Below are positions 28,650 through 38,141 of a stretch of 64,000 nucleotides of DNA, piece by piece. The stretch covers positions 64,001 to 128,000 of the forward strand of contig CAWJQQ010000003.1 of assembly GCA_963845065.1 (NCBI GenBank), in the 5' to 3' direction. Origin of the DNA: Nitrospirota bacterium (GTDB lineage Bacteria; Nitrospirota; UBA9217). Position 1 is the first letter of the stretch. Every line of letters starts with the position of its first letter. The notes beneath the pieces are model-generated. The model searched no databases. It worked only from the letters and a program-made list of their open reading frames with translations, and was not told where the DNA came from. The position numbers were made by a program, and so were the translations under genes.

Positions 28650-30600
28650 CCCATCTTCTACACCTGCCAAAAAATAACTTCGCTAAAACAACATGATAAG
28701 GGCATCGAAAAGTAGCGTGGCACCACACCCTGCCATATTATTCCAACTCGATTATGATGACGAGATTTCAGCACCATTTACCTTTTGTGGTATCACGACC
28801 TTTGGCGGAATCGCCACTCCTGCAGCCTGAAACACCTTTCCCGTATCGCCTTTTAATTCGGTCCTTAAAATAACTTCCTTGCCGTCGCTTGTAATCGTGA
28901 TCTGCTTCAGTTCCTCTAGGTCCCGGAGCATTTCGCCCCACTCAAGCTTCTGCTCATTGCGGCTATCCAATCGCTCCTGTAATTCCTTCATAAGGACAAG
29001 CGCAAGAAAACTACAGAAGACATGGCCCCGAATCGTCTCGTCGCATTTATGATAAATCGGGCGCGTCGTCAGCACCGTTTTGGTGCTCCTGAAGATCTGC
29101 TCCACCATCCACAACTCTTTGTACGCGAGCGCAACCTCGCGCGCAGGCATGGGCATTGATGTCGTGAGGACCCACTTACCGTCATACCGTGCTTCCTGTT
29201 GAACTTTTTCTTCATCGATGACAAAGGCACTGCTGAAGCTCTTCACATATTTACGATACCCTTTGTTGCCAACCAGGCTCTTGCCTCCCTGCTTCAGTTT
29301 CTCCCGAAGAGATGCGATGATGGCTTCTCTATCGGCGGCATCTTTCTTCCGCTGGTCTTCGTTAACGCACACGATATAGCGGCGTTCGCCTACCATGACG
29401 TTCTTCACTTTGAGCGGGGATGGGGCTTTACTCTCCTTGCTTTTAGGATAGACCTCTTCGTATTTCCCTCCGCGGCTCAAAACCTCTTCACTCACTTCCT
29501 TCTGCCGCCGCATCCTCGCTCCCAGAATGTAATCGATCTTTCGCTCATGCAAGTCGGACAGGGTCTTTTCGCTGATCATTCCCCGGTCTGCCACTATGCA
29601 CGCCTGATTGATGCCGAAGCGGAGCCTCAGCCGGTCTATGATCGGCACGAGCGTCTTGACATCGGTTGTGTTTCCGGGCCACAACTCGCAACAAAGAGGT
29701 TTCCCGTGATGATCGATGATTGCGCCGACCACCATCTGCTTGAGATCGGGCCGGTGGTCCTTGGAATGACCGTATGCGCCTATATCCTCGCCGCCCTCTC
29801 CTTCAAAGTAAATGCTCGTGGTGTCGAAAAAGACCAGCCGTAGATCGGCGAATAAATCTCGCCTGCGTCGGAATAGCTCTTCTTCGATCACATCCTTGGT
29901 GCAACGGGGAGAAAATCCGGTGGCCCCTTCCTGATCAGCATTGGAAAGGGGTTCGCCGAGCCATGCCATGGCCCGGTATAAATGGTGCAAATCGATTCCA
30001 GCGGTTCCTTCTATCCGGTAGCCAAGGCACCATTGTTCAGCGGCACGATCTGAACCCGATACGCTCAAACGGTGCAGCACCGTAAGATAAATCGCCCGCT
30101 CGATGGAAAATTGATGTTTGCGCTCCCTGGCTGATGCCTCAAGCACTTTCTGTATTCCCAGCTCTTTCCATAACCGGCCGAATATCATCGGCAGGCCGAT
30201 GCGCCTGGAATCCGTTTCAATCGCTTCTCCCTGTTTATGTGCGTCGATGACCGCGATCTGGTCGGAAAACTTGAGCCCAGACCGCAGCAAGCTATCAAAT
30301 GCTCCTGTTTCCTTGAGCGCATCGAGCCGTCCAAGCGTGGCGATGACTTCCTGCTTCACCTTGCCTTGGTCGCGGCGGTTATGAACGATCTGAAGGTATT
30401 CTCGTGATTCGGAGCGTTTTACCCTGAAGAACATAGCACCACAAATATATCATAATAATTATTAATTGCAAGTTATTTTTATATTAACGTGGCACTACAT
30501 TTTGACCTGTTTTCCAAAAACGTTTTTTGTAACCCTGTGAAATTAAACAACTCCACTCGCGCAAACAGTCCTTTTCTCGGCGGCAACTGTAGAAGATGGG
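28650..30600 (-). mobile_element. IS1634-family element, copy 2 (1951 bp)
   Basis: Same IRs as copy 1; TSD TTTAA at 28645-28649 and 30601-30605. Confidence 0.93.
28752..30434 (-). CDS. IS1634-family DDE transposase
   Basis: Protein identical to 9811-11493. Confidence 0.92.
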   Translation of the reverse strand: MFFRVKRSESREYLQIVHNRRDQGKVKQEVIATLGRLDALKETGAFDSLLRSGLKFSDQIAVIDAHKQGEAIETDSRRIGLPMIFGRLWKELGIQKVLEASARERKHQFSIERAIYLTVLHRLSVSGSDRAAEQWCLGYRIEGTAGIDLHHLYRAMAWLGEPLSNADQEGATGFSPRCTKDVIEEELFRRRRDLFADLRLVFFDTTSIYFEGEGGEDIGAYGHSKDHRPDLKQMVVGAIIDHHGKPLCCELWPGNTTDVKTLVPIIDRLRLRFGINQACIVADRGMISEKTLSDLHERKIDYILGARMRRQKEVSEEVLSRGGKYEEVYPKSKESKAPSPLKVKNVMVGERRYIVCVNEDQRKKDAADREAIIASLREKLKQGGKSLVGNKGYRKYVKSFSSAFVIDEEKVQQEARYDGKWVLTTSMPMPAREVALAYKELWMVEQIFRSTKTVLTTRPIYHKCDETIRGHVFCSFLALVLMKELQERLDSRNEQKLEWGEMLRDLEELKQITITSDGKEVILRTELKGDTGKVFQAAGVAIPPKVVIPQKVNGAEISSS

Positions 30601-30612
30601 TTTAACATAACA

Positions 30613-30740
30613 ATGCCACTTAATAAATCTAAAACCCCCTCTTTCATCCATGAGTTTCTAGTCATAACTACCCACAAAGACAACCGAATTCTTGATGTTC
30701 GGCTCGAGGCTGGCCGTCATCTGTATAATGCCTGCCTGGT
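30613..30740 (+). pseudogene. TnpB-like N-terminal fragment
   Basis: KSKTPSFIHEF...RILDVRLEAGRHLYNACL, typical of the TnpB N-terminal region; truncated. Confidence 0.55.
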
Positions 30741-30915
30741 TTCGGCAGTTGCCACTGCTATTGAATTTTTTGCTGAATCGAGACCTACTATTGTGATAGA
30801 ATTCTTCATGACCTGTTTCCTTGTTTGTGGCTCTGTATTTGGACTCCTATTGCATCCAAGTATAACCCACGGTGACAAGGGGCAGGTCACTTTTTTAACT
30901 GTCAACCATTATGTC
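30740..30915 (-). mobile_element. IS110 left-end fragment
   Basis: MKNSITIVGLDSAKNSIAVATAE (DEDD N-terminus) preceded by AAGGA. Confidence 0.55.
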
Positions 30916-30924
30916 TAAAGAGTT

Positions 30925-31617
30925 ATTGACAGCCTCGGTGGGGAAATAGGGAGAGTCAAAGAATTAAACTTCGATTACCAGCAGCATAGGGCATCGCTTT
31001 CTGTCCGCTGACACAGATAACTGGCTTACAGGCAGGTGTTGATTCTCCCCGTATGCGCAGGTCGCCATGCATAAGGAACAGCAATGCATCATCATGGATT
31101 TGACCAAAAAGCACATTGAGAACAGACTATCCTTGAACAGTGACAATCCCGTCTCGAGACAATTTGAGGAGACTTTCTACGGTTATTATGGATGGCCGAC
31201 GTATTGGGGCGACCCAAAAAGTGTGGATCTTATTCTTGTCCCTTCATTGTGCGTGACCGTGATGAATGGAAAGAATCCTGTCAAGGTGAGAAAGCAGCGT
31301 GAGATGCCTATTTGCGCAGCACTCATGATGTGAGTGCCCATCACGTCCAAGCCGCAGACAGCAAGATTGGCCGCGGGAGAAATTTATCATCGATGACGAG
31401 ATGTGGACGATTCGTTCTCTAATCACCGATGCAAAAAACTGGTAGCCGAGGAAAAAGGTACTGGTTTCTCCGATATGGATTGAGCGTGTTAGCTGGGGCG
31501 AGTCGAAAAGTATTTGTCAAGCTTCCCCGCGACATCATCAAGCAATCACCGGTATACCTGAAGGTGTTTCTGCTAACTCGGGCTTATGAGACCTCACTAC
31601 AGCGACATTATAATTGA
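30925..31617 (+). pseudogene. Tandem PRC-barrel protein, multiple frameshifts
   Basis: GEIGRVKE, WLTGR..LISP, DLTKKHIEN...PVSRQFE..YYGWPTYW, FIIDDEMW.IR. Confidence 0.7.
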
Positions 31618-31747
31618 CAGGGATGCTGGGTCGCCGAAGGCAGCCGGGAAGCATTTCCTTTGAAGGAATCTCAAGAAAGGCTTACTTGCATGGGTGACTT
31701 CTTCTGCCGAAAAACACAGGACGTGCGACAAAGAAAGACTGAGCCAG

Positions 31748-32635
31748 ATGAATATGTCAAGGTGGCTTGACCAAAAGACTCGTAGGGGCTGGGCGATACT
31801 TTGTCTTGCCGCAAAAAAATTCTTGCAGGTTGATGGGACACAATGGGCGGGATCGTTCGCCTTCCATGCGTTCTTCTCGCTGTTTCCTTTAATGACACTG
31901 CTCGTCACGATTGTCTCGTTCTTTATTGATTGGGACAGGGCCGGAAAAGTGGTCATTGCCTTCATGGAAAGCTACGTTCCGGTCAGTGGCGAGATGAAAC
32001 TTTACATCTTTAACGCCATCGCCAGTGTTATCAAAACGCGTCAGAAAGCGGGCGTGGTCGCGTTTTTCATTCTGGTGTGGGCCGCCCTCCAATGTTTCAC
32101 CACCCTTATCTATGCGACCAACCGCGCCTGGGGCGCCGCGGTGTACAATTGGTGGCGGCTGCCGCTAAAAAGTCTGGCTCTGCTCGGAATCACGGCGGGT
32201 GCGGTCCTCCTGGGCATGGCGGCTACGGTGCTGACGAAAATGGCGAAGTATTGGTTCTTTCCAATGTATGATTTACATTCCGGGGTCTATGTCCTGGTGA
32301 GCTTTGTCATCCCCTTGTTAGTGGTGTTTCTCAGTCTGAGTCTGTTTTACAGGCTGGCTCCGCGAATGCCTACGCGGTTTGCCGAAGTCTGGGCCGCCGC
32401 TTTGTGCGCGACGGTTCTATTGCAGGCGGCCGAAAATCTATTCGTAATCTACCTCAAGAACTTCGCCAAGTTAAACGCAGTCTATGGGGCGTTCGGCGGG
32501 ATCATGGCATTGCTGTTGTGGATTTACCTTTCCGGGTGCATTTTCATCTTCGGCGCCTGCCTGTGCGCCGCTCAGGCCAAAGGTCGTTCAGCACCGGCAG
32601 AAATAAATATGGCGCGCACAAAAGAGGAGAATTAA
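31748..32635 (+). CDS. YihY/virulence factor BrkB family membrane protein
   Basis: FFSLFP, LFYRLAP and [16 protein letters not shown] motifs. The start is uncertain; the ORF opens at 31694. Confidence 0.88.
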   Translation: MNMSRWLDQKTRRGWAILCLAAKKFLQVDGTQWAGSFAFHAFFSLFPLMTLLVTIVSFFIDWDRAGKVVIAFMESYVPVSGEMKLYIFNAIASVIKTRQKAGVVAFFILVWAALQCFTTLIYATNRAWGAAVYNWWRLPLKSLALLGITAGAVLLGMAATVLTKMAKYWFFPMYDLHSGVYVLVSFVIPLLVVFLSLSLFYRLAPRMPTRFAEVWAAALCATVLLQAAENLFVIYLKNFAKLNAVYGAFGGIMALLLWIYLSGCIFIFGACLCAAQAKGRSAPAEINMARTKEEN

Positions 32636-32638
32636 AAT

Positions 32639-33415
32639 ATGGAGACAAAAACTCTTTCCCCCGAACTGCTCCGCAAGATGTGGACGCCTACTGGCGAGCC
32701 GCCAACTATCTGTCGGTTGGCCAGATTTATCTTTACGACAATCCGCTACTGAAGCGGCCGCTGTCGCTCGCGGATGTGAAACACATGCTGCTGTGACACT
32801 GGGGCACTACCCCGGGGCAAAATTTCATTTAGGTGCACTTGAATCGGGTCATCAAAAAATATGACGTCAACATGATTTACATCTCCGGTCCCGGGCACGG
32901 CGGCCCGGCCGTCGTGGGCAATACTTATTTCGAGGGCACTTATAACGAGATCTATCCCGATGTCAGTCAGGATGAGGCCGGGTTACGGAATCTCTTTATC
33001 CAATTTTCGTTTCCTGGAGGAATTCCCAGTCATGCATCGCCGGAGTGTCCGGGCTCAATCCACGAGGGCGGTGAGCTTGGCTATTCGCTCAACCATTCAT
33101 TTGGAGCGGCCTTCGACAATCCCGATCTCATCGTCGCTTGCGTCGTAGGCGATGGTGAGGCAGAAACCGGACCGCTGGCCACCTCATGGCATTCGAACAA
33201 GTTCATTGATTCGGTAACCGACGGTGCAGTGCTGCCGATCCTGCATCTCAACGGCTACAAGATTTCCAACCCGACCTCCTCGCACGCATCACCCGCGAGG
33301 AATTGGAACAGTTGTTGCGTGGGTACGGGTGGACGCCATTCTTCGTCGAGGGGCACGAGCCTGGGCCGCTGCATGAAGCCATGGCTGCGACGCTCTACAC
33401 GGTGGTGGAACAATG
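32639..33415 (+). pseudogene. xfp: Phosphoketolase, 5' third only, with stops and frameshifts
   Basis: [58 protein letters not shown]. Confidence 0.9.
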
Positions 33416-34000
33416 CAACTCCTGTATGTATAGGTACCTTCATGCGATTATCAATATAATCAATCGCCTTGTATTGCGTTGTTTTTTTTGTTGTGTAGTT
33501 CCAACTATTTAGCTTCTTAAAGCTACCTCGTGAAAAGACAATACTCTCCCTGATCTTACAATAAAATTATCTAGGAGACAGACTTCGTAGACTGGAAATA
33601 TTTACTTGCCTATATCTCATGATCTGCGTATCAGGAATTGCTTCTTCATAATGAATAACTGGTGACAAAAAACAGTCTGGTAAAAATTTTAATAAAGGTT
33701 TAAATGCATTTATTAAAAGTTTTTTCGAGGCTATAGCCCCTACCTTGTTTGCCCTTGAACTCATTTCATGAAGGGGCTATACTCTCCTTGTCATTATTGC
33801 AAGACAGATCAGAAACTGCTTCTGCATATAGAAGACTTGGCGACGGGAAATTGCAAAAAACGGAATCAACTCAAATGCCGTCTCCAATTTGTCGTCGGCA
33901 AGCAACAGACATCGGTCGAGATATGCAGCGTCTGGTAAAAAGGCATGTCATCCAGTTCAATGTCGCATGTTGCTGAGGTTTTGACCAGGGGAGATGCCCT

Positions 34001-34927
34001 ATGGATAAAAAAATAAAAAATATCATTTTATTTCTTCTCGTGTTTATTTTCGTAGGTCTTTTGGCCTTTGTTTTATATAATTTCCAAAAGCCTCCTGTAC
34101 AATCAAGCAAACTTCAAGTGGCGGCAAGTTTTTATCCACTCTATTACTTTTCTCAGCAAATTGGGGGAGAAAAAGCAAATGTAATAAATATAACTCCTGC
34201 TGGAGCTGAGCCGCACGATTATGAGCCAACAGCACACGATATTGCTCAAATAGAACATAGTAAATTGCTTATATTAAATGGCGGGGGATTGGAAGCGTGG
34301 GGAGATAATATAAAACAAAACCTTAACTCCCAAGATACCGCTGTCGTAACAGTTGGAGAAGGATTAACAACTCGCCAAGTAACAGATACAGGGGAAAATT
34401 CAACCGATCCTCATATTTGGTTGAGTCCACCCTTAGCTGAGGAAATTGTGGATAAGATTACTCAAGGCTTTCTACAAGTTGACCCGGCAAATAAGGAATA
34501 TTATCTAACCAATGCAGCAATGCTAAAATCTGAATTGGCTAAATTGGATAAAGAATACAGACAAGGATTAAACAAGTGTTTGGAGAAAAATATCATTACC
34601 TCTCACGCCGCTTTCGGATATCTGGCTGCTTCTTATGGGCTCCATCAAGTGTCCATTGCCGGGTTATCGCCCGATGCGGAACCTTCTCCGCAGCAATTAG
34701 CCAATATAGTAAAATTTGTCGAAGCTAATGACATAAAATACATATTTTTTGAAAGTTTGGTAAGTCCAAGGTTATCAGATACGATAGCCCATGAAGTAGG
34801 TGCAAAAACTCTTGTGCTTAACCCAATAGAAGGTTTAAGCAACGAAGAGGCATCAAAAGGGAAAAATTATTTTACCGAGATGCAAAATAATTTGGCAAAT
34901 TTAAAAACGGCATTGCAATGCAAGTAG
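34001..34927 (+). CDS. znuA: Zn/Mn ABC transporter substrate-binding protein
   Basis: EPHDYEP, DPHIWLSP, SHAAFGYL, IFFE and LNPIEG motifs. Confidence 0.9.
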   Translation: MDKKIKNIILFLLVFIFVGLLAFVLYNFQKPPVQSSKLQVAASFYPLYYFSQQIGGEKANVINITPAGAEPHDYEPTAHDIAQIEHSKLLILNGGGLEAWGDNIKQNLNSQDTAVVTVGEGLTTRQVTDTGENSTDPHIWLSPPLAEEIVDKITQGFLQVDPANKEYYLTNAAMLKSELAKLDKEYRQGLNKCLEKNIITSHAAFGYLAASYGLHQVSIAGLSPDAEPSPQQLANIVKFVEANDIKYIFFESLVSPRLSDTIAHEVGAKTLVLNPIEGLSNEEASKGKNYFTEMQNNLANLKTALQCK

Positions 34928-35694
34928 ATCATAAAAAAAACATCATAGAAGTCGAAAACATCGCTTTTGCTTATAACGACGAAGATGTTTTGGAGAATAT
35001 CACGCTTGATATCCACCAAGGCGACTATATTGGTATTGTCGGCCCCAATGGCGCTGGGAAAACCACGCTTTTGAAAATAATGCTTGGCTTGCTTCGTCCC
35101 AAAACGGGGTCGGTTAAATTATTTGAACAAGATATAAATAATTTCAGGGATTGGCGGAAAATCGGTTATGTCCCACAAAAAGCAACTCATTTTGACGACA
35201 ATTTCCCCGCCACCGTTTCAGAAGTAGTTTCAATGGGAATAAATACAAAAAGAAGACTGTTTAAGAAGGCGGAAACGGAGGATAAGAGGGCGGTGCAAAG
35301 TGCGCTTGAACAGGTTGATATGTGGGAATACAAAGACCGGCTTATCGGGGACCTGTCCGGCGGCCAACAGCAGCGCGTATTCATCGCCCGCGCGTTGGTC
35401 AATCAGCCGGAAGTTATTTTTTTGGACGAGCCGACGACCGGTGTCGATAAGCGAACTCAAGACGGATTTTATGAAATGCTCCAGAAACTCAATAAAGAAC
35501 TAGGAATAACCCTTGTACTTGTATCTCATGACATCGGTCGGCTGACGAAGGAAGTGATGCACATCGCTTGCGTGGACCGCAGCCTGACCTGCCACACTTC
35601 TCCGGAAGAATATCTCAAGGAAAGTCAGTCCACCGATATTATGGGCCAAAAGGTTAAAATAATTACTCATCATCATCATCACCACCACCATTAA
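34918..35694 (+). CDS. znuC: Zn/Mn ABC transporter ATPase with His8 C-terminus
   Basis: GPNGAGKT, GYVPQ, LSGGQQQR and LDEP motifs. Confidence 0.9.
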   Translation: MQVDHKKNIIEVENIAFAYNDEDVLENITLDIHQGDYIGIVGPNGAGKTTLLKIMLGLLRPKTGSVKLFEQDINNFRDWRKIGYVPQKATHFDDNFPATVSEVVSMGINTKRRLFKKAETEDKRAVQSALEQVDMWEYKDRLIGDLSGGQQQRVFIARALVNQPEVIFLDEPTTGVDKRTQDGFYEMLQKLNKELGITLVLVSHDIGRLTKEVMHIACVDRSLTCHTSPEEYLKESQSTDIMGQKVKIITHHHHHHHH

Positions 35695-36497
35695 TGCTGA
35701 CAGCTATCTTCCAATATGGTTTTATGATAAGAGGTTTGGAGGCCGGCGTTATTGTTGCGCTGATCGCTCCGCTTATCGGTATTTTTCTTGTGCTGAGGCG
35801 GTATTCTCTTATCGCCGATACACTTGCCCATGTCTCTCTGGCCGGCATAGCGATCGGCTTGTTTTTTAGCATAAATCCGGTCCTGACCGCGCTTGGCACA
35901 GCAACCGTCGCTTCTCTGGGCATTGAGCGGTTGAGGAGTTCGAAAAAGGTATATGGAGAGTCAGCCTTGGCCCTTTTCCTTTCTGGCAGTCTGGCGCTCG
36001 CAGTCGTGATTTTAAGCTTGGCACACGGCTTTAATGCCAATTTATTTAATTATCTTTTCGGCAGCATCGTGACGGTGACTACGAATGATGTTTACATAAT
36101 TTCTCTTTTGGCCGTTGTCGTAGTCACTGTTCTGGCATTTTACTACAAAGAGCTTGTTTACATTACTTTCGATGAAGAAGCCGCCAAGGTAAGCGGTGTG
36201 CCTACGGGTTTAATCAATTCCATTCTTATTATCCTTGCCGCCCTGACTGTATCATTGGCCATACCTATCGTCGGAGTGCTCCTGATTGCCGCTTTAATCG
36301 TAATTCCGGTCATAACAGCACTTCAGTTTCGCAAGAGTTTTTTTAAAACAATCATATATGCCCAGATCATTTCTTTATTTTCCGTCGTTTCGGGAATTTT
36401 CACTTCCTTTATTCTCAATCTTTCCACAGGAGGAACGATCGTTTTAATAATGCTCGCCATTTTCATCATTATCTTATCAGTCAAACAAAAGATGTGA
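35694..36497 (+). CDS. znuB: Zn/Mn ABC transporter permease
   Basis: SLIADTLAH, YLFGSI and FDEEAA..SG motifs. Confidence 0.9.
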   Translation: MLTAIFQYGFMIRGLEAGVIVALIAPLIGIFLVLRRYSLIADTLAHVSLAGIAIGLFFSINPVLTALGTATVASLGIERLRSSKKVYGESALALFLSGSLALAVVILSLAHGFNANLFNYLFGSIVTVTTNDVYIISLLAVVVVTVLAFYYKELVYITFDEEAAKVSGVPTGLINSILIILAALTVSLAIPIVGVLLIAALIVIPVITALQFRKSFFKTIIYAQIISLFSVVSGIFTSFILNLSTGGTIVLIMLAIFIIILSVKQKM

Positions 36498-36643
36498 AGG
36501 TTTAGAGCTTATTTTAGCCATCTGGCAAAACTTTCGCACCCTAACGAACGACAGCCATAATCGTTACACCCAGAATATCTTGTCCTGATCCTTTCGTTCA
36601 CAGGAGAATTCTTATAACCGTTTCTAAAACCATAGTCATTTAT

Positions 36644-36692
36644 CTCAATGCGCCGTAAGACCCCGGCCGTGAGGCCGGGGATATAAGGCGCT
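36644..36692 (+). repeat. IS200/IS605 left-end hairpin, preceded by TTTAT
   Basis: CTCAATGCGCCGTAAGACCCCGGCC-GTGA-GGCCGGGGATATAAGGCGC; also found at 41273 and 53239 (minus strand). Confidence 0.8.
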
Positions 36693-36733
36693 TGTAGCGA
36701 AGCACACAAGGAATTGCTGTTCCTGATCAGACA

Positions 36734-36762
36734 TTGACAGTTGTTCACCTTCCTGATATAAT
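36734..36762 (+). promoter_or_regulatory. Consensus sigma70 promoter of tnpB
   Basis: TTGACA-17 bp-TATAAT with an extended TG; ATG 7 nt downstream. Confidence 0.8.
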
Positions 36763-36769
36763 TACCACC

Positions 36770-37981
36770 ATGATTGATCGAGCAAAAGAGCCCGATGTAC
36801 AAACCATGACTGTCGTTGGTAAAGCATTGGTAACGGACGACAGCACCGCTCTATCGCTCGGGTTGCTTGGTTTTTCCGCAACGAAGCTTTGGAACACCGC
36901 TGTGTGGCATACCAGGAACGTCTGGATGGCCACGGGGAAAATACTCACCTACCCCGAGCTTGATATCGCTCTTAAACAAGAGCATCCGCTCTGGTATCGC
37001 CGGCTGCACTCCCAGAGCTCTCAGGCAATCCTGGAAGAGCTTCGGCAGTCCTATCAATCATGGTTTGCACTCCGTAAGAAAGGCGATAGGAAATCCAATC
37101 CTCCTGGTTTCAGGCGAAAAGCCGATCTGTCAACGGTGACATTCAAACAAAGAGCCGTCACGTGGAATGAGCGTACCTCCACGGTGCGCCTCAGCATCCC
37201 GAAGGACATCTACGGAAAACAATTTCTCTTTCTGAAGCTCCGCCTTCCTAACGGCACACGTCTTACCGAGGACTATGTCCAGATAGGCCGTCTGGTACAT
37301 GATAAAGGCATGTGGTTTGTCCACCTGGTCTATACGATAACGCTCCCCGTATTGAAAGGAGAAGGGGAAACGATGGCACTTGACTTGGGTATGAAGTATC
37401 TGGCCGCCATGGCATGTACGGATGGAAGCACCTCCCTTTGGCCAGGTGGTGAGTTGGCCGCTCTCGAGCGGTACTTTGAAATGCAAAAGTCAAAGACGAC
37501 CAACAGCAAGTCCCGGAAATCACGTGCGTTGAACCAGAAACGGTCTCGTCAGCGTTCCCACCTGCTCCACAGCTTTATCAAATCCCTTGTCCGCGATGCA
37601 GAAGCTCGCGGTGTCTCCACGATCATCGTGGGGGACCTGAAGGACATCGGAGAAGGCAAAGATTGGGGAAAGAGCGGAAACCAGCAGTTCCATAAGTGGC
37701 CGTTTGACCGGATCGTCAGGATGCTCACGTACAAAGCCAGACTCAAAGGCATCCGCGTTGTAGAAGAAAAGGAACACTACACGAGCCAGACCTGCTGTGT
37801 ATGCAACACAAGGGATAAGGCCAGCCGTGTGCATCGTGGCCTCTACGTTTGCAAGCATTGCGGCGCCGTAATCCATGCTGACGTGAACGGAAGCCAATTG
37901 GATAGCCATAAAGGCTTACAGTCATGCATAAAGCTCAGTGCGTTTATGGTTCAGGTAAACTCTGCATACCAAAAGGCTTAA
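36770..37981 (+). CDS. tnpB: RNA-guided endonuclease TnpB (IS200/IS605 family); extreme C-terminus appears replaced
   Basis: LWN, SQSSQ, PPGFR, ALDLG, IIVGDL, EHYTSQTCCVC, CKHCG..IHADVNG. Confidence 0.88.
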   Translation: MIDRAKEPDVQTMTVVGKALVTDDSTALSLGLLGFSATKLWNTAVWHTRNVWMATGKILTYPELDIALKQEHPLWYRRLHSQSSQAILEELRQSYQSWFALRKKGDRKSNPPGFRRKADLSTVTFKQRAVTWNERTSTVRLSIPKDIYGKQFLFLKLRLPNGTRLTEDYVQIGRLVHDKGMWFVHLVYTITLPVLKGEGETMALDLGMKYLAAMACTDGSTSLWPGGELAALERYFEMQKSKTTNSKSRKSRALNQKRSRQRSHLLHSFIKSLVRDAEARGVSTIIVGDLKDIGEGKDWGKSGNQQFHKWPFDRIVRMLTYKARLKGIRVVEEKEHYTSQTCCVCNTRDKASRVHRGLYVCKHCGAVIHADVNGSQLDSHKGLQSCIKLSAFMVQVNSAYQKA

Positions 37982-38141
37982 ATATCTTTAGGGGGATTAG
38001 CCGAATAAAACTGATGAGAAAGATTCGAAGCATTGTCCCAGATAATATAGCGCTTGCCCACACCTATCAACCATCAGAACCGCAGACCTTAGGAAATGGT
38101 CGGAGTATACAATGATAAAAGGCAAGATGGAGGCACAAGGC

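Noticed and set aside
9709..30600. IS1634 pair as a composite transposon
   Set aside because: Each copy has its own distinct TSD; the outer flanks (CCAAA vs TTTAA) do not match.
4834..33000. Genetic-code reassignment explaining in-frame stops (ritC TAG; xfp TGA/TAG)
   Set aside because: The stops replace different residues and co-occur with frameshifts, and intact genes use all three stop codons. Only the sbtA TGA has recoding context.
33560..33980. Possible Fur/Zur pseudogene upstream of znuA
   Set aside because: Only a faint resemblance (HVIQFNVAC); no HHH or CxxC motifs could be recovered.
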